Both the position numbers and the translations under genes were made by a program. The notes beneath the pieces are model-generated. The model ran no database searches. It was not told the origin of the DNA and saw only the letters and a list, made by a program, of their open reading frames with translations. DNA of 64,000 bases, taken from Barthelona sp. PCE. Its lineage: Eukaryota. Every line of letters begins with the position of its first letter. The first letter of the stretch is position 1. This document shows positions 52,396 through 62,829 of this stretch, piece by piece. The stretch spans positions 1,798,001-1,862,000 of the forward strand of contig JAUFOR010000002.1 of assembly GCA_040285745.1 (NCBI GenBank). Direction: 5' to 3'.

Positions 52396-53940
52396 ATGGA
52401 AAATAATCCAGACGAGTTCAGCACAGATCCAACACAATACAGGATTGAATCAAGGGTAGGCCGAGGAGCTTCTAGTTCTGTTTACAAGGCCTTTTGTTTG
52501 TCAAACAATCAGTACTGCGCACTAAAGGTTGTTGATCTTGAATCGCTCCAGAACTCTGTTGCACAGATGCATCAGGAGATTTTGGCGATGCAAATTTTGA
52601 AGACCAACCCATTCCTTTGTACATACTCTGTTTCATTCACAAAGTCGTCCTTCCTTTTCATTGTCATGCCCCTCATGAGATGTTCATGTTATGACATATT
52701 GCACTATGGTTTTCCTAACGGTTTAGAGGAACCCCATATCGCAACCATTTTGCACGGGGTTCTTCAGGGCCTTATCTTCCTACACAACAATGATCAGATC
52801 CACCGAGATATTAAGAGTGGTAATATTCTTATTTCTGAACAGGGTCAAGTCAAGTTGGCAGATTTTGGTGTTGTTGCCCAACAAATTGTGGCGGGACGAC
52901 GTCTCAGTGGACGTAACACCTTTGTGGGTACGGTTAACTACATGTCCCCCGAGCTGATCAGCCAGAAGTCATACCACACGGCGGCCGACATTTGGAGTCT
53001 GGGTATTACTGCTATCGAACTGGCACACGGGAAAGTACCTCTTTCAGATATGGAGCAGATGAAGGCGCTCATGCACATCACTCAAAGCGAACCCCCACAG
53101 CTCAACAGCGTAGGAGCGAATGCACGTCCCACCAGAGCATTCAAGGATTTTATTGCAATGTGTTTGCAGAGAGATCCGTCGCAGAGGGCTACAGCCCAAC
53201 AATTGCTCAACTCAAAGTTTATCAAGAACATGACCAGGAAACCCATTGCGCTTGTTGAGGAAGTCTTGAGTGTTTTTAACAGTCGAGCACCAACATACGA
53301 CACCAATATTTCAAGGGAGTTGAGCTCTTTGTTTAAGGGGCTCACCAGGGGCGAGAGCCTGAAGGAGGAGTGGAACTTTGAGGATCTCGATGATGAGCCT
53401 GTAGTTCCTGTTCAACCAGTTGAGAAGACTCCAGAGAAAGAGCCGGCAAAGCCCGCCACCGTTGGTCGTTTCCAGGTGGCAGAGATAGACGAGCCTCAGC
53501 AACCGGTAACTGCTGTCAAGTCGGAGACTCCCAGTGAAGTTGGCCGTTTTCAGGTTTCTGATGTTGTTGATGAAACCGTCAAATCAGTGATATTAGAGAG
53601 TTTTTCTCCACCAAATCACACAACAACTTCACAATCAAGGTCGAGGAGCCAGTCAGTTAACGTAAGTAATCTTAATGCAAAGACTCCTGTGAGTGTTGTA
53701 GACAAAAACGATGACCCGAATTGGTTATTAAGGGAATTGGGTAATTCTATTGCTAATATGCAAAGTGAGATCACTAATTTACGGCAAGAAAATATTGAGT
53801 TACGTTCATTTGAAGTGCAGTATAATTCTATGCGAAAAGAGAATCGTAAGTTGAGAATTGAAAAGGCAGATTTGGAAAATAACATTGCTGATCTTCAAAT
53901 GAAGATTTCTTTACTTTCTGTTGCAAATAATAAACAATAA
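52396..53940 (+). CDS. STE20 family kinase, OSR1/SPAK (Fray)-like
   Basis: GRGASS, ALK, HRDIKSGN, DFG, RNTFVGT, WSLGITAIELAHG and EWNF; C-terminal coiled coil. Confidence 0.9.
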   Translation: MENNPDEFSTDPTQYRIESRVGRGASSSVYKAFCLSNNQYCALKVVDLESLQNSVAQMHQEILAMQILKTNPFLCTYSVSFTKSSFLFIVMPLMRCSCYDILHYGFPNGLEEPHIATILHGVLQGLIFLHNNDQIHRDIKSGNILISEQGQVKLADFGVVAQQIVAGRRLSGRNTFVGTVNYMSPELISQKSYHTAADIWSLGITAIELAHGKVPLSDMEQMKALMHITQSEPPQLNSVGANARPTRAFKDFIAMCLQRDPSQRATAQQLLNSKFIKNMTRKPIALVEEVLSVFNSRAPTYDTNISRELSSLFKGLTRGESLKEEWNFEDLDDEPVVPVQPVEKTPEKEPAKPATVGRFQVAEIDEPQQPVTAVKSETPSEVGRFQVSDVVDETVKSVILESFSPPNHTTTSQSRSRSQSVNVSNLNAKTPVSVVDKNDDPNWLLRELGNSIANMQSEITNLRQENIELRSFEVQYNSMRKENRKLRIEKADLENNIADLQMKISLLSVANNKQ

Positions 53941-54012
53941 TTTCTTGTTGCATATTTACAACCTTTTTCCTTGGTTTTTCACTTTTTTTAAACCGGAAAC
54001 AACTAACATTCA

Positions 54013-54948
54013 ATGGAAAACACGTTCTCCATTGTTCATTTTTCAGATTTACACATTTTTCAACCGGCTTGTTGTGCAAATTATTGTTCTAAACGGTTAT
54101 GTGGTTGTTTGAATCACCATTGCAGCTCCCAACGGGAACATAACAGAGATTCTTTCAATGAATTAGCTGCGTACATTAACAAAAATGATAGGGTTTGTTT
54201 TTCAGTTTGTACGGGTGATATTTCATCTCTTGCAGTAAGGGGGGAGTGGCAAGAGGCATCTGAGATGTTCTCACATCACTTTTATCCATCAGGATTCCTT
54301 ATAAATGATGATAAAGAATTGCAAAAAAACCAAATTACAATGTTGAAAAAGAAACCATTATTGTTATCACTTGGCAATCACGATGTGTATACATCAAACA
54401 ACGAACTGAGAATAGCATCCAATTATTTGAGTGCTTTTTTTGGACACTCTTTAGTTGAAGAGGAACCGTTTCCTTCTTCCAGTTCAATGAATGGTATTTT
54501 ATTTATCAACTTCTGTTCAGCTAACGCACACATTAGCCCTTTTAATTCCAGTGGTTGCGTACCACAGCATCAGCTTAATTTAGCCCACGATTTTTTGATG
54601 ACTGTTGATGCAAAATATATAGCTGTATGTTTGCATCATTCTCCTGTTGATGAGCGATTGCTGCGGCCTCAGGCAAGACTCGATGATAGTATAGACTTTT
54701 TAAGATGGTGTAAGGAGCACAGTGTTAACATGATATTGAACGGTCACACACACATTCCCAATTACACAGTTGTTGATGGTATGGTTATTTTAGACTCAGG
54801 AAGCCTTTGTTTAAACAGAAAAACATATGGTGAGTATACTTTTAAAATGATAAACGATGAAGTTCAACTTATGAATGTTGTTTTTTCAGAGTTTAAAGTT
54901 GAATCGAACAAATTTGAGGAGTTTGCACGTATGAATCTGACCAAATAA
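54013..54948 (+). CDS. Calcineurin-like metallophosphoesterase
   Basis: SDLH, TGD, GNHD, LHH and GHTH metal-ligand motifs in canonical order. Confidence 0.9.
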   Translation: MENTFSIVHFSDLHIFQPACCANYCSKRLCGCLNHHCSSQREHNRDSFNELAAYINKNDRVCFSVCTGDISSLAVRGEWQEASEMFSHHFYPSGFLINDDKELQKNQITMLKKKPLLLSLGNHDVYTSNNELRIASNYLSAFFGHSLVEEEPFPSSSSMNGILFINFCSANAHISPFNSSGCVPQHQLNLAHDFLMTVDAKYIAVCLHHSPVDERLLRPQARLDDSIDFLRWCKEHSVNMILNGHTHIPNYTVVDGMVILDSGSLCLNRKTYGEYTFKMINDEVQLMNVVFSEFKVESNKFEEFARMNLTK

Positions 54949-55129
54949 GGTTACAGTAAAACATCGCATTTTGTTCTTGTACAGGTATTCGTTAATAACT
55001 CTGAATAATGTTTTTAATATTAAAATTGCTGTCATTCAAGATAATAACCGGTATCACATGTGTTTATAAGGTACAATTTCAGTGAAAAACATGTTTTACT
55101 TTTTTTCCATCACGCTCTCATTATTGCAA

Positions 55130-58100
55130 ATGAAGAGAAGTGCAGCAACTGCAAATGCAGCACAGATGTTCATCAGAAGGGCATTAAAAGAGATCTCCAA
55201 GCAAGCAAAGCGCAACAACGATGAGTTAAAGGATGCATGCTCAGTTGTTCTTTCAGAGCTTGACCACGACGACGGGACAACCAACGCCGACAAGTATTTT
55301 TTCCCTTTTAAGCTCGCATGCTATTCAGGTATCTCAAAGCTGCAAATCACTTCTCTCAACTGCATTCACCAGCTATTTGTGTATGCTATTCTGAAGGGAG
55401 ACACAGTTGTGGACGCTAATGGCACGCTTATGATTGAAGAAATCGTTAATGTAGTCATTTTCTGTTCCCAGAACTCAGATTACGAAGTTAGCCTTCAAGT
55501 TCTCAAGATAGTCACGATCATGCTGGCGAGCGAGTGGTTGTACATTCCAGACAAGTCAATCACACAGTGTCTCTCATGTGTTTTTGGTCTTCTGCTCTCA
55601 AGCAATCCAAGTGTGCGTCAGACTGCCGATGCAACAATACAGCATGTGTGCAGCACCTTCTTTATGGGCGCAGGCAACAGCGAGTACCGTTTGCATCATG
55701 CTAAATTAGCATGGCGGCATGTCTGTAACATAATCAGCTACATCCCTGAGCAGACTCCGCCCCAGAACAATGATGACATTGGGCAGGGCATTGTTCTCGA
55801 TAAGAACGATATCACTTTGAAGGTTTTCATGCTTGAACTGATTCAGAATCTTTTGAGTTTTGAATTTCCTGCTTTCACTGAGCTTTTCAATGATTATCTT
55901 TACAGTAGTTTGTTGACAATCGTGTGGTCCAATCAGCTGGATATCCTACAGAACGTGTTTAATATTGTGTATGATCTTGTCTATAAGGAGCTGGTTGAAC
56001 CATCATTCTTGATGAATTTTTTCGTCAACTATCTGCTCCCGATCATCCTCCACGACTGCCTCCCACACGAGCTGCAGTTCCTCTGCCTTGAATTCATAGA
56101 GGTACTTTCCAAAAATACAAAATTCATCGCACTGTGTTTTGTCAAATTAGATATGGATATCCTTCATGATAACTTGCTCAATTTCATCATGCGCACCCTC
56201 CAGATCGTCATTTCATCCAAATTTCAGAACAAGAAAACGAGAGTTAAGGCCAGTGAGCTCTTATTGAGTATAATCGCGGCAGTACCACAGTTTGAGAATG
56301 AAAAGTTTTCAGCCTCTGTTTCGTGCTTCAGGGAGGACGTGGAAGAACCTATCAACCTGAACCGGCTCAAGGATAGGAAGGAACACCTTCAGCAGATCCA
56401 ACTGCTCTTTGCAACAGAGAAAAAACAGTTCTGGTACGAGCTATGTGTATTCATGGGCTGCGATGAGGAAATGTGTGATCGATTCAGGAAGGGTATCTCC
56501 AAGATCGACACAGAGACTGCAGAGGTATTTTGCGAGATTTTCTTCAAAGACTTCTGGCCTGAATACGGCTTTTTACTTCCCCGTGTTGCGCTGGGTGGTG
56601 TCGTTGGAGGATACAAGGATTTCAATATAGTCTTTTCTCGAATGTTTATTGCCAACCTCAATTTTAAAGGGCGCTCGTTTTTAGAATCACTTCGACTCTT
56701 AATGGGAAGCTGCGTCGTACCCGGCGAGTCACAAGTTATTAATCGTGTGCTGGAGATGTTCTCAAAGTGCTATTTTGAAGCAAACCCGGAACTGGAAACT
56801 GGTGCTTTCCTCGGTGTTGACCCTGAACTGCTTGATGAGTACGAACAAGAGGCACAGCCATTCATCACGCCTCCACAGGAGCCGAAGGAGGGCGAAGAAG
56901 TGGAAGAGAAGGAGGAAGTCATTGGCATTGGTCTGACAGGTTTCAGCACTCTACATTGCCTTGCATACAGTGTTGTTCTGTTGAACACTGATCTACACAA
57001 CCCCAACAACCGCAGGCGCATGCCAAAGCAGATCTTTGTAGCCAATTACCTGCGTAACCCCGAGTTCTATGTGGACCCGCGATTTCTGCTGCATCTTTAT
57101 GATGATATCAAACGCACAGAATTCACGGCCAATATAAACGACTCGCTTCCAGAGGGAACTACATATGCAGGGTTCTCAGGCGTGACAAGCAGAAAGTTTA
57201 TTGTAATTCTAAACGGTGCCTTAAACACGGAGAACTACCTAAACGATCTTCATCACAACAGAGGTAACAAGTTGTACAACTTCTGCCACGACTTCCACAC
57301 GCTTGCGACGAAACCCGTACGATTGATGGGGCTGAAAGAAAATCGGTATTCTACGTGTGAGATAACGTTTGACAGTACATTTTTTGCCCAGCATTGTCTG
57401 CAAGGTATCGGAGAGACAATTTTATACATTCTCAGGCAATCCAATAGCTCGGAGACCATTAACATTGCTGAAGATATAATGAAAGTTGTGTTCTCATTGT
57501 GGAAAAAGGCAGGTTTCGAAACACATTTTAATATAATCATTGAGAGACTTGTGCAGAACACGACACTCGGAGTCATCGGAACGAACGGCAAGTTCACGCT
57601 TCAGGAATCAATCATTGCTAAGTTAATCATGTATGTAGCGAAAAATTATTTCCAATACATTGATCTTGAAGGATGGGCCAACATTTTGTTGGTTGTTAGC
57701 GAGTGCGATAGGAGGAATGTGAGCTTCATCAATGGTGGTCAACGTGATTATATCTATTCTTTACCGTTTGAACACACTGAGATAGATTTCCTCGATTTCT
57801 TCAAGGCGATCACGCAAGTTTCTGTCAGGGAAATGCAGTATGCGCTGAGCGAGGACGTGTACAGAATGTATTCCGAGAATTGGTTGGTGAACGTATACGA
57901 AATGGCCATCCGAAACAGTTCGTTTTCTGATGAGCTGAAACACGACTCATGGAGGATCTTAAGCAGTCACATTGTTGAACTGTCTCTCAGTTCGCACAAG
58001 AACTGCGCGTTTTTGGGTGCTAACACATTGAGACAGGCGTTGAATCGCCGTTTTCAGTATGGCAGCGACGAAAATCTTGGCGATGATATGCTGCGATGTC

Positions 58101-59686
58101 TGGAGGCAATCGTGTCAAATGTTCGCAGCAGTACGCTGTGCGACCTCATACTGTCCATGCTCCAGGAGCTTATCATGAAGTTCGGATCGAAATGTGCTCC
58201 AACACTGCCTGCAATGCTTAACACAGTACATATTTTGTACACTCGTCAGCAGAGACTGCGCTCCACCTCATTCTCACCAATGAAGCACACGCATCGCGAG
58301 CGTGACGACGACAGTGAGGAAGATGATGGTGAGGAGCAGCTGATCCCTCACAGTCTGGATTTTTGTGAGTTTTTGCTCGAGGAAGGAACCTCTGACTCAC
58401 TCAACCTGTTCAAGTTGAAGGATGTTGTGTCACAACTCAGCAGCTTCCTAATTGATGTCATCTTCACGTTCCCTCAGCACCAGGACAGGACTAACTCGAT
58501 ATTGACCAATTTAACTTCTTCAATGGTGACGTACACCAATAGTAGTGACTGCGATGTCAAGTTTGTTGATGAGCTGTGCGGTGCGCTCCTTACACATATT
58601 GCAGCCGTCATTCCAACGGTACATGATCAGGTAAAGGCGATGCTGCTCAAGATCAGTGAGGATATGTTACTCAACGCACCCATGTCGATCAGTACCAAAC
58701 TAAAGCTCGGCAAGATGTTAATAATGCCTTCAATCGACGAACTGTTTACGCAGGAGACCGAAAACAGTACCCTTCCGCTCTTTTTCCGTGTCTTCTTCAG
58801 GCTGAGTTTGTCGGACGAGAAACTGATGTGCCTGTTCGACACATTCCTTAACAGGACTGACGTGTTCATTACACTCCACCCAACGCTTGTCCAGCAGGTC
58901 CTCAGTGTGTTTGATGAGACGTTTGAGAATACCGAGGACTCTCTTCTGATCAAGAAGGCGGTTGACTTTTTCAGTGTTGTATTTGAATGCATCACAAACG
59001 AAATGGATCATTTACTGGAGCTCGACAATAAGAAACACAACCTCCCAGAGAACATAGCTCGCATCGTACATTCATTCAACACACTTTTCTTTGTTAGTGA
59101 GCAGAACGAGCAGTTTTTGTATGATAAACTATCTAAATCTGGCGAGCGAATTAAACAACTGTCATTCCTGAAACTGGTGGAGAGATTAAAGGATCTCTGT
59201 GTCAAATGTTCAGAGTTTGTTAGTGCTGTTTTGCATAAACGTAGCAAATACTCAGGTTCACCTTCAGTCTTTGAGTTGGAGTATGTTATGTACACATGCG
59301 TCCTTAACCTATGCTCTTTCGAGTTCTTACGTGATATGTACATCGATCCTTGTGTTGATCTCTTCTGTGAAATCGCAAATAATCTGTTTACTAGATTCAC
59401 AGAAGTTTTTGTCCCCAGTATTGACACTCCCCCTTCTGTCATTGCATCTCTTAAGCAATCAACATTGAAGGTGCTCCCTCCGTGCATTCGTAGCATTTTG
59501 AGAATAATTTTCTCATTAACAGGTGTTCCAAATGAACGTTCCAATATAATTCTGAGAAATACGTATGAGAATATGATTAATTTACTCAAAACACCCGTTG
59601 GTACTGTCCTTGAAGATTTGAGATCAATTCTTATTCATCGTATTCCCCAGTTCTTGAGCTTCTATGAAAAAACTCCCAATGAATAA
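55130..59686 (+). CDS. Large Sec7 ArfGEF, BIG/GBF family
   Basis: DCB-like N-terminus (YFFPFKLAC...LNCIHQL), HUS-like FVKLDMD, and Sec7 motifs VPGESQVINRVLE and LAYSVVLLNTDLHNP; likely ATG at 55130. Confidence 0.9.
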   Translation: MKRSAATANAAQMFIRRALKEISKQAKRNNDELKDACSVVLSELDHDDGTTNADKYFFPFKLACYSGISKLQITSLNCIHQLFVYAILKGDTVVDANGTLMIEEIVNVVIFCSQNSDYEVSLQVLKIVTIMLASEWLYIPDKSITQCLSCVFGLLLSSNPSVRQTADATIQHVCSTFFMGAGNSEYRLHHAKLAWRHVCNIISYIPEQTPPQNNDDIGQGIVLDKNDITLKVFMLELIQNLLSFEFPAFTELFNDYLYSSLLTIVWSNQLDILQNVFNIVYDLVYKELVEPSFLMNFFVNYLLPIILHDCLPHELQFLCLEFIEVLSKNTKFIALCFVKLDMDILHDNLLNFIMRTLQIVISSKFQNKKTRVKASELLLSIIAAVPQFENEKFSASVSCFREDVEEPINLNRLKDRKEHLQQIQLLFATEKKQFWYELCVFMGCDEEMCDRFRKGISKIDTETAEVFCEIFFKDFWPEYGFLLPRVALGGVVGGYKDFNIVFSRMFIANLNFKGRSFLESLRLLMGSCVVPGESQVINRVLEMFSKCYFEANPELETGAFLGVDPELLDEYEQEAQPFITPPQEPKEGEEVEEKEEVIGIGLTGFSTLHCLAYSVVLLNTDLHNPNNRRRMPKQIFVANYLRNPEFYVDPRFLLHLYDDIKRTEFTANINDSLPEGTTYAGFSGVTSRKFIVILNGALNTENYLNDLHHNRGNKLYNFCHDFHTLATKPVRLMGLKENRYSTCEITFDSTFFAQHCLQGIGETILYILRQSNSSETINIAEDIMKVVFSLWKKAGFETHFNIIIERLVQNTTLGVIGTNGKFTLQESIIAKLIMYVAKNYFQYIDLEGWANILLVVSECDRRNVSFINGGQRDYIYSLPFEHTEIDFLDFFKAITQVSVREMQYALSEDVYRMYSENWLVNVYEMAIRNSSFSDELKHDSWRILSSHIVELSLSSHKNCAFLGANTLRQALNRRFQYGSDENLGDDMLRCLEAIVSNVRSSTLCDLILSMLQELIMKFGSKCAPTLPAMLNTVHILYTRQQRLRSTSFSPMKHTHRERDDDSEEDDGEEQLIPHSLDFCEFLLEEGTSDSLNLFKLKDVVSQLSSFLIDVIFTFPQHQDRTNSILTNLTSSMVTYTNSSDCDVKFVDELCGALLTHIAAVIPTVHDQVKAMLLKISEDMLLNAPMSISTKLKLGKMLIMPSIDELFTQETENSTLPLFFRVFFRLSLSDEKLMCLFDTFLNRTDVFITLHPTLVQQVLSVFDETFENTEDSLLIKKAVDFFSVVFECITNEMDHLLELDNKKHNLPENIARIVHSFNTLFFVSEQNEQFLYDKLSKSGERIKQLSFLKLVERLKDLCVKCSEFVSAVLHKRSKYSGSPSVFELEYVMYTCVLNLCSFEFLRDMYIDPCVDLFCEIANNLFTRFTEVFVPSIDTPPSVIASLKQSTLKVLPPCIRSILRIIFSLTGVPNERSNIILRNTYENMINLLKTPVGTVLEDLRSILIHRIPQFLSFYEKTPNE

Positions 59687-59695
59687 AATAATGAT

Positions 59696-62600
59696 TTATT
59701 CCTCTTTTTCAGGTACCTGCTCTGGCTCTGGTTCTGGTTCCGCAGCAACCTTTGGAGGATGTAGTACCTCGGGATCAACCTTAAACTTCAACTCCTTTGG
59801 TTCAAAACTCATTGTTGTGTTGGTTCCACTGATGAGCTTAACTGTCAGGTTATGGTTCTTTGAGTACTTCATTAGTTCATCGAACAGGAAGAAGCCCAAC
59901 ATGTAGTCTCTTCCGTGATAATTTGAGAACAGACTCAAAACATCAATCTCTCCCTCTTCATGGGTTGGGACATCAATGCTGAACTCATTAGGGACACTAA
60001 ACACAAAGTCCACATTTTCTGACTGCTTCGGCCTAATAAAAGTGGTTTCCTTCCTCACATGCTTCTCGCTGATCTCGTCAAGCTCACCAACAAAGCAACT
60101 TCTCTTGCTTTTCAGGTTCAGGCACGATGCATGCGAGTCCAGAATGAACGGCGTGATGTTTTTCACGTAGGTTTTTATCTCATGCATGAATTGTACTCTG
60201 TTCTCTATCAAATTCAGTATATTCGCCGGATTGTGTCTTGTCTTCTTCGATATTGCGTTCACAATGTCGTACAACTGGTTAATCTTCCGGGTGTAGCCAA
60301 TTATATAGTAAAAAAGAAGAGCACTAGTGAAGAAAAGCACAGACTTGTGATCATATATATCAGACATGCTCAGACACGCTACGTTACCAAATATAACAGT
60401 ACACTCTACATTTGAATGTGAAATGATGCGTAGTACACTGGTTGTCATTTTTTCAAGATGACGCTTTTCCGTGGCAACTCTCTCGGCCGCCCAGTAGCTA
60501 CTTTCATATATCTTAACTAACACCTCCAAAGTAAGACAGCTGATGAGATGCTGGATCCACTTAACATTACGGATAACGCCGTTTGTACAGTTTCCGTGCA
60601 GTTCGTATATCGAAGTCCAAATATATCCAAAATTCTTATAGTGGAACGCCGAGAACTCCTCTGCAATCGAGCATGGGTAGGGGACCTCGTCTAGATGATC
60701 TTGAACGTAGAACAGAGCATAGAAAAACGGGAACAAGAATGAAATCTCAGGCTCAACAATGTCCACAAGGTTCAGACCGAGCTTATACATCCAAAAGCCA
60801 ACAATTGCGACATTAAGTCTATGGTGACATTGTGTAGGTAATATGGAAACGATCTCTTTTGTAAAGACAAACAAGACGCGGCTCACAGAGTGTGGTATAT
60901 GTGTGATGTATATTGGGCTGAGCACACTCAAGATCGCGTCGATGCATGTAACGAGAAGGAAGCAACACCTTGATAAACGGGAACAGAGGTCGTTGATGAG
61001 GACACCGAAGCACTTGTTCATTGTTACCAGCATCTCCTTCAAGACCAATGTGAGATCAATTCTTGTGGTTTCACTGAGCCGTACGTCGTGTACAATGCTC
61101 AATTTGATAAGCATGATGATGATCTCAAGTACCAAACAGAGGATATCTTCGTGAGTCTTATCTCCTGTGAAAGCACCGAACATGAAAGCAGAGATCATCC
61201 AAGAGAACGCACTTGCGTCGAACTGCTCAAACCAGACTAACATTAGCATGTATATTGATGTATGCTTTTTGACAACAGAGAAAAAGTCGCTGTGCTCCTG
61301 ACACACACAACACGGACATGATTCGCGGCAGTGGCGTGCAGGTGTTTGCATTATCATCGCATACTCGTCTCCAATACCAATCAAAAGGGTACTTTTTAGT
61401 AACAAGAAGAAATCTCTAACAAAATATACTCCGCTTCTGCTCGTCAACAGAATCCCTTTAACGAAATGGTGCAGAATGAACGATACACGATTAATGAGTG
61501 TATTTAACAGACACTGCAGCCTCTGTAGGTGATTGTCGTTGACTACTGCGGGAATACTCTCGATGAGGGCTCTAAGAATAACCAAGATTGCATTATTATT
61601 GGCATGCTCCTGATATGTCGCACCGATAAGGGGCATCATACAAAACAGATCAATGAGTGAATAACAGTCTTTGTGTAGAAGGTTGAGCAAATAATAGTTT
61701 TCGTTCTGAAAGTGGCGCTTTCGATCGCTCGTTGTTGAGAGTAGGCTGAACGTTGATACTGAAGGGAGCTTAAAGTGATGCACAAAGAATGACAAAGGTA
61801 GTGATGTCACCTTCTCCAGATCCTTTGGGACATCCAACTCATACAGGAATGTGTGTAGCTTCTTGTTTTTGTTAAAAGAAATTCTAGAAACAATACTGAG
61901 GAATTCAATAAGGTCGCTGATTGGGGGCTGCAGTAAATCTGCTCCAGTCATTGTTATGCGCTTGTCTTTGCTATCTGATCCGTAAACAAAACGGATTGCT
62001 CTACTCAAAAGCTCAAACATCATTCTTAACAGCCACCTATCGTGTTTAATGAAGAGAGTAAAGATTAGATCCTCATGGATACCCGCGCAGTATCCCAATG
62101 TCTGCACAATACTGCCCAGTAATGCGTACTTTGTATTATCGAAACTGTCCTCGTCCTCTGAATCAGATTCGTCATGATTGTCGACGATCAAAACATCATT
62201 GGCATAGTATATGAAGTTCAATATCTCAACTAGATCCTTGAAGAATATCTTCCACTCCTCCTCATTGACAGTAAATGCATAGTTTGCCAATTCCTTAATT
62301 CTGCTACGAATTTCTTTTATCGTTTGCTCTATTGTGGTATCATCCAGTGCGGTAAAGTCAATGAATTCTGTGCTTTCTGTGAACTCCAAGGTCTGGAATA
62401 AACGTCTGAGGAAGAAACGACGAACTTCAGGTAAAAATGCTGTATCTACTTCTAAATGAACACTTGGCAGCCACTTGAATATGGGAAGCTCTATGCTGTT
62501 GTAGAACTGCTCCTCATCAGGGAAGAAACGAGTGCGAAAACGATCTATAATAGGATCTTTTTTGAGAGCAGTAGTATCCATCTTGTTTTTTGGTTGATTC

Positions 62601-62782
62601 TTCCTGCTGTCTCGCTTTGCATCGTTAACCTTGATTGGTTTCTCATCAAATTCAGAGCCCCAATGCCAACATGGTGTCGAAATATCTTCAACTGTTAACA
62701 AGCTTCCCAAAACAGGCTTCTCAGCCACTTCATCGATATCAACCTCCTTCTCAGGTGGGACGTGGTTGTTTGTAGATGTCAT
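59696..62782 (-). CDS. Large helical hypothetical protein
   Basis: 1028-aa ORF, Leu/Ile/Phe-rich and possibly an alpha-solenoid; no family recognised. Confidence 0.75.
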   Translation of the reverse strand: MTSTNNHVPPEKEVDIDEVAEKPVLGSLLTVEDISTPCWHWGSEFDEKPIKVNDAKRDSRKNQPKNKMDTTALKKDPIIDRFRTRFFPDEEQFYNSIELPIFKWLPSVHLEVDTAFLPEVRRFFLRRLFQTLEFTESTEFIDFTALDDTTIEQTIKEIRSRIKELANYAFTVNEEEWKIFFKDLVEILNFIYYANDVLIVDNHDESDSEDEDSFDNTKYALLGSIVQTLGYCAGIHEDLIFTLFIKHDRWLLRMMFELLSRAIRFVYGSDSKDKRITMTGADLLQPPISDLIEFLSIVSRISFNKNKKLHTFLYELDVPKDLEKVTSLPLSFFVHHFKLPSVSTFSLLSTTSDRKRHFQNENYYLLNLLHKDCYSLIDLFCMMPLIGATYQEHANNNAILVILRALIESIPAVVNDNHLQRLQCLLNTLINRVSFILHHFVKGILLTSRSGVYFVRDFFLLLKSTLLIGIGDEYAMIMQTPARHCRESCPCCVCQEHSDFFSVVKKHTSIYMLMLVWFEQFDASAFSWMISAFMFGAFTGDKTHEDILCLVLEIIIMLIKLSIVHDVRLSETTRIDLTLVLKEMLVTMNKCFGVLINDLCSRLSRCCFLLVTCIDAILSVLSPIYITHIPHSVSRVLFVFTKEIVSILPTQCHHRLNVAIVGFWMYKLGLNLVDIVEPEISFLFPFFYALFYVQDHLDEVPYPCSIAEEFSAFHYKNFGYIWTSIYELHGNCTNGVIRNVKWIQHLISCLTLEVLVKIYESSYWAAERVATEKRHLEKMTTSVLRIISHSNVECTVIFGNVACLSMSDIYDHKSVLFFTSALLFYYIIGYTRKINQLYDIVNAISKKTRHNPANILNLIENRVQFMHEIKTYVKNITPFILDSHASCLNLKSKRSCFVGELDEISEKHVRKETTFIRPKQSENVDFVFSVPNEFSIDVPTHEEGEIDVLSLFSNYHGRDYMLGFFLFDELMKYSKNHNLTVKLISGTNTTMSFEPKELKFKVDPEVLHPPKVAAEPEPEPEQVPEKEE

Positions 62783-62829
62783 GAAAGATGATAAGTTCTG
62801 CTTAACGCTTTCTTTCCCTTTTTCTTAAA

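Noticed and set aside
15697-59686. Apparent cluster of membrane-trafficking genes (Tvp15-like, COMMD5, AP3D, REEP, Rab, Snf7, Arf, BIG)
   Set aside because: They are interspersed with unrelated genes on both strands; the category is large, so enrichment cannot be claimed without genome-wide statistics.
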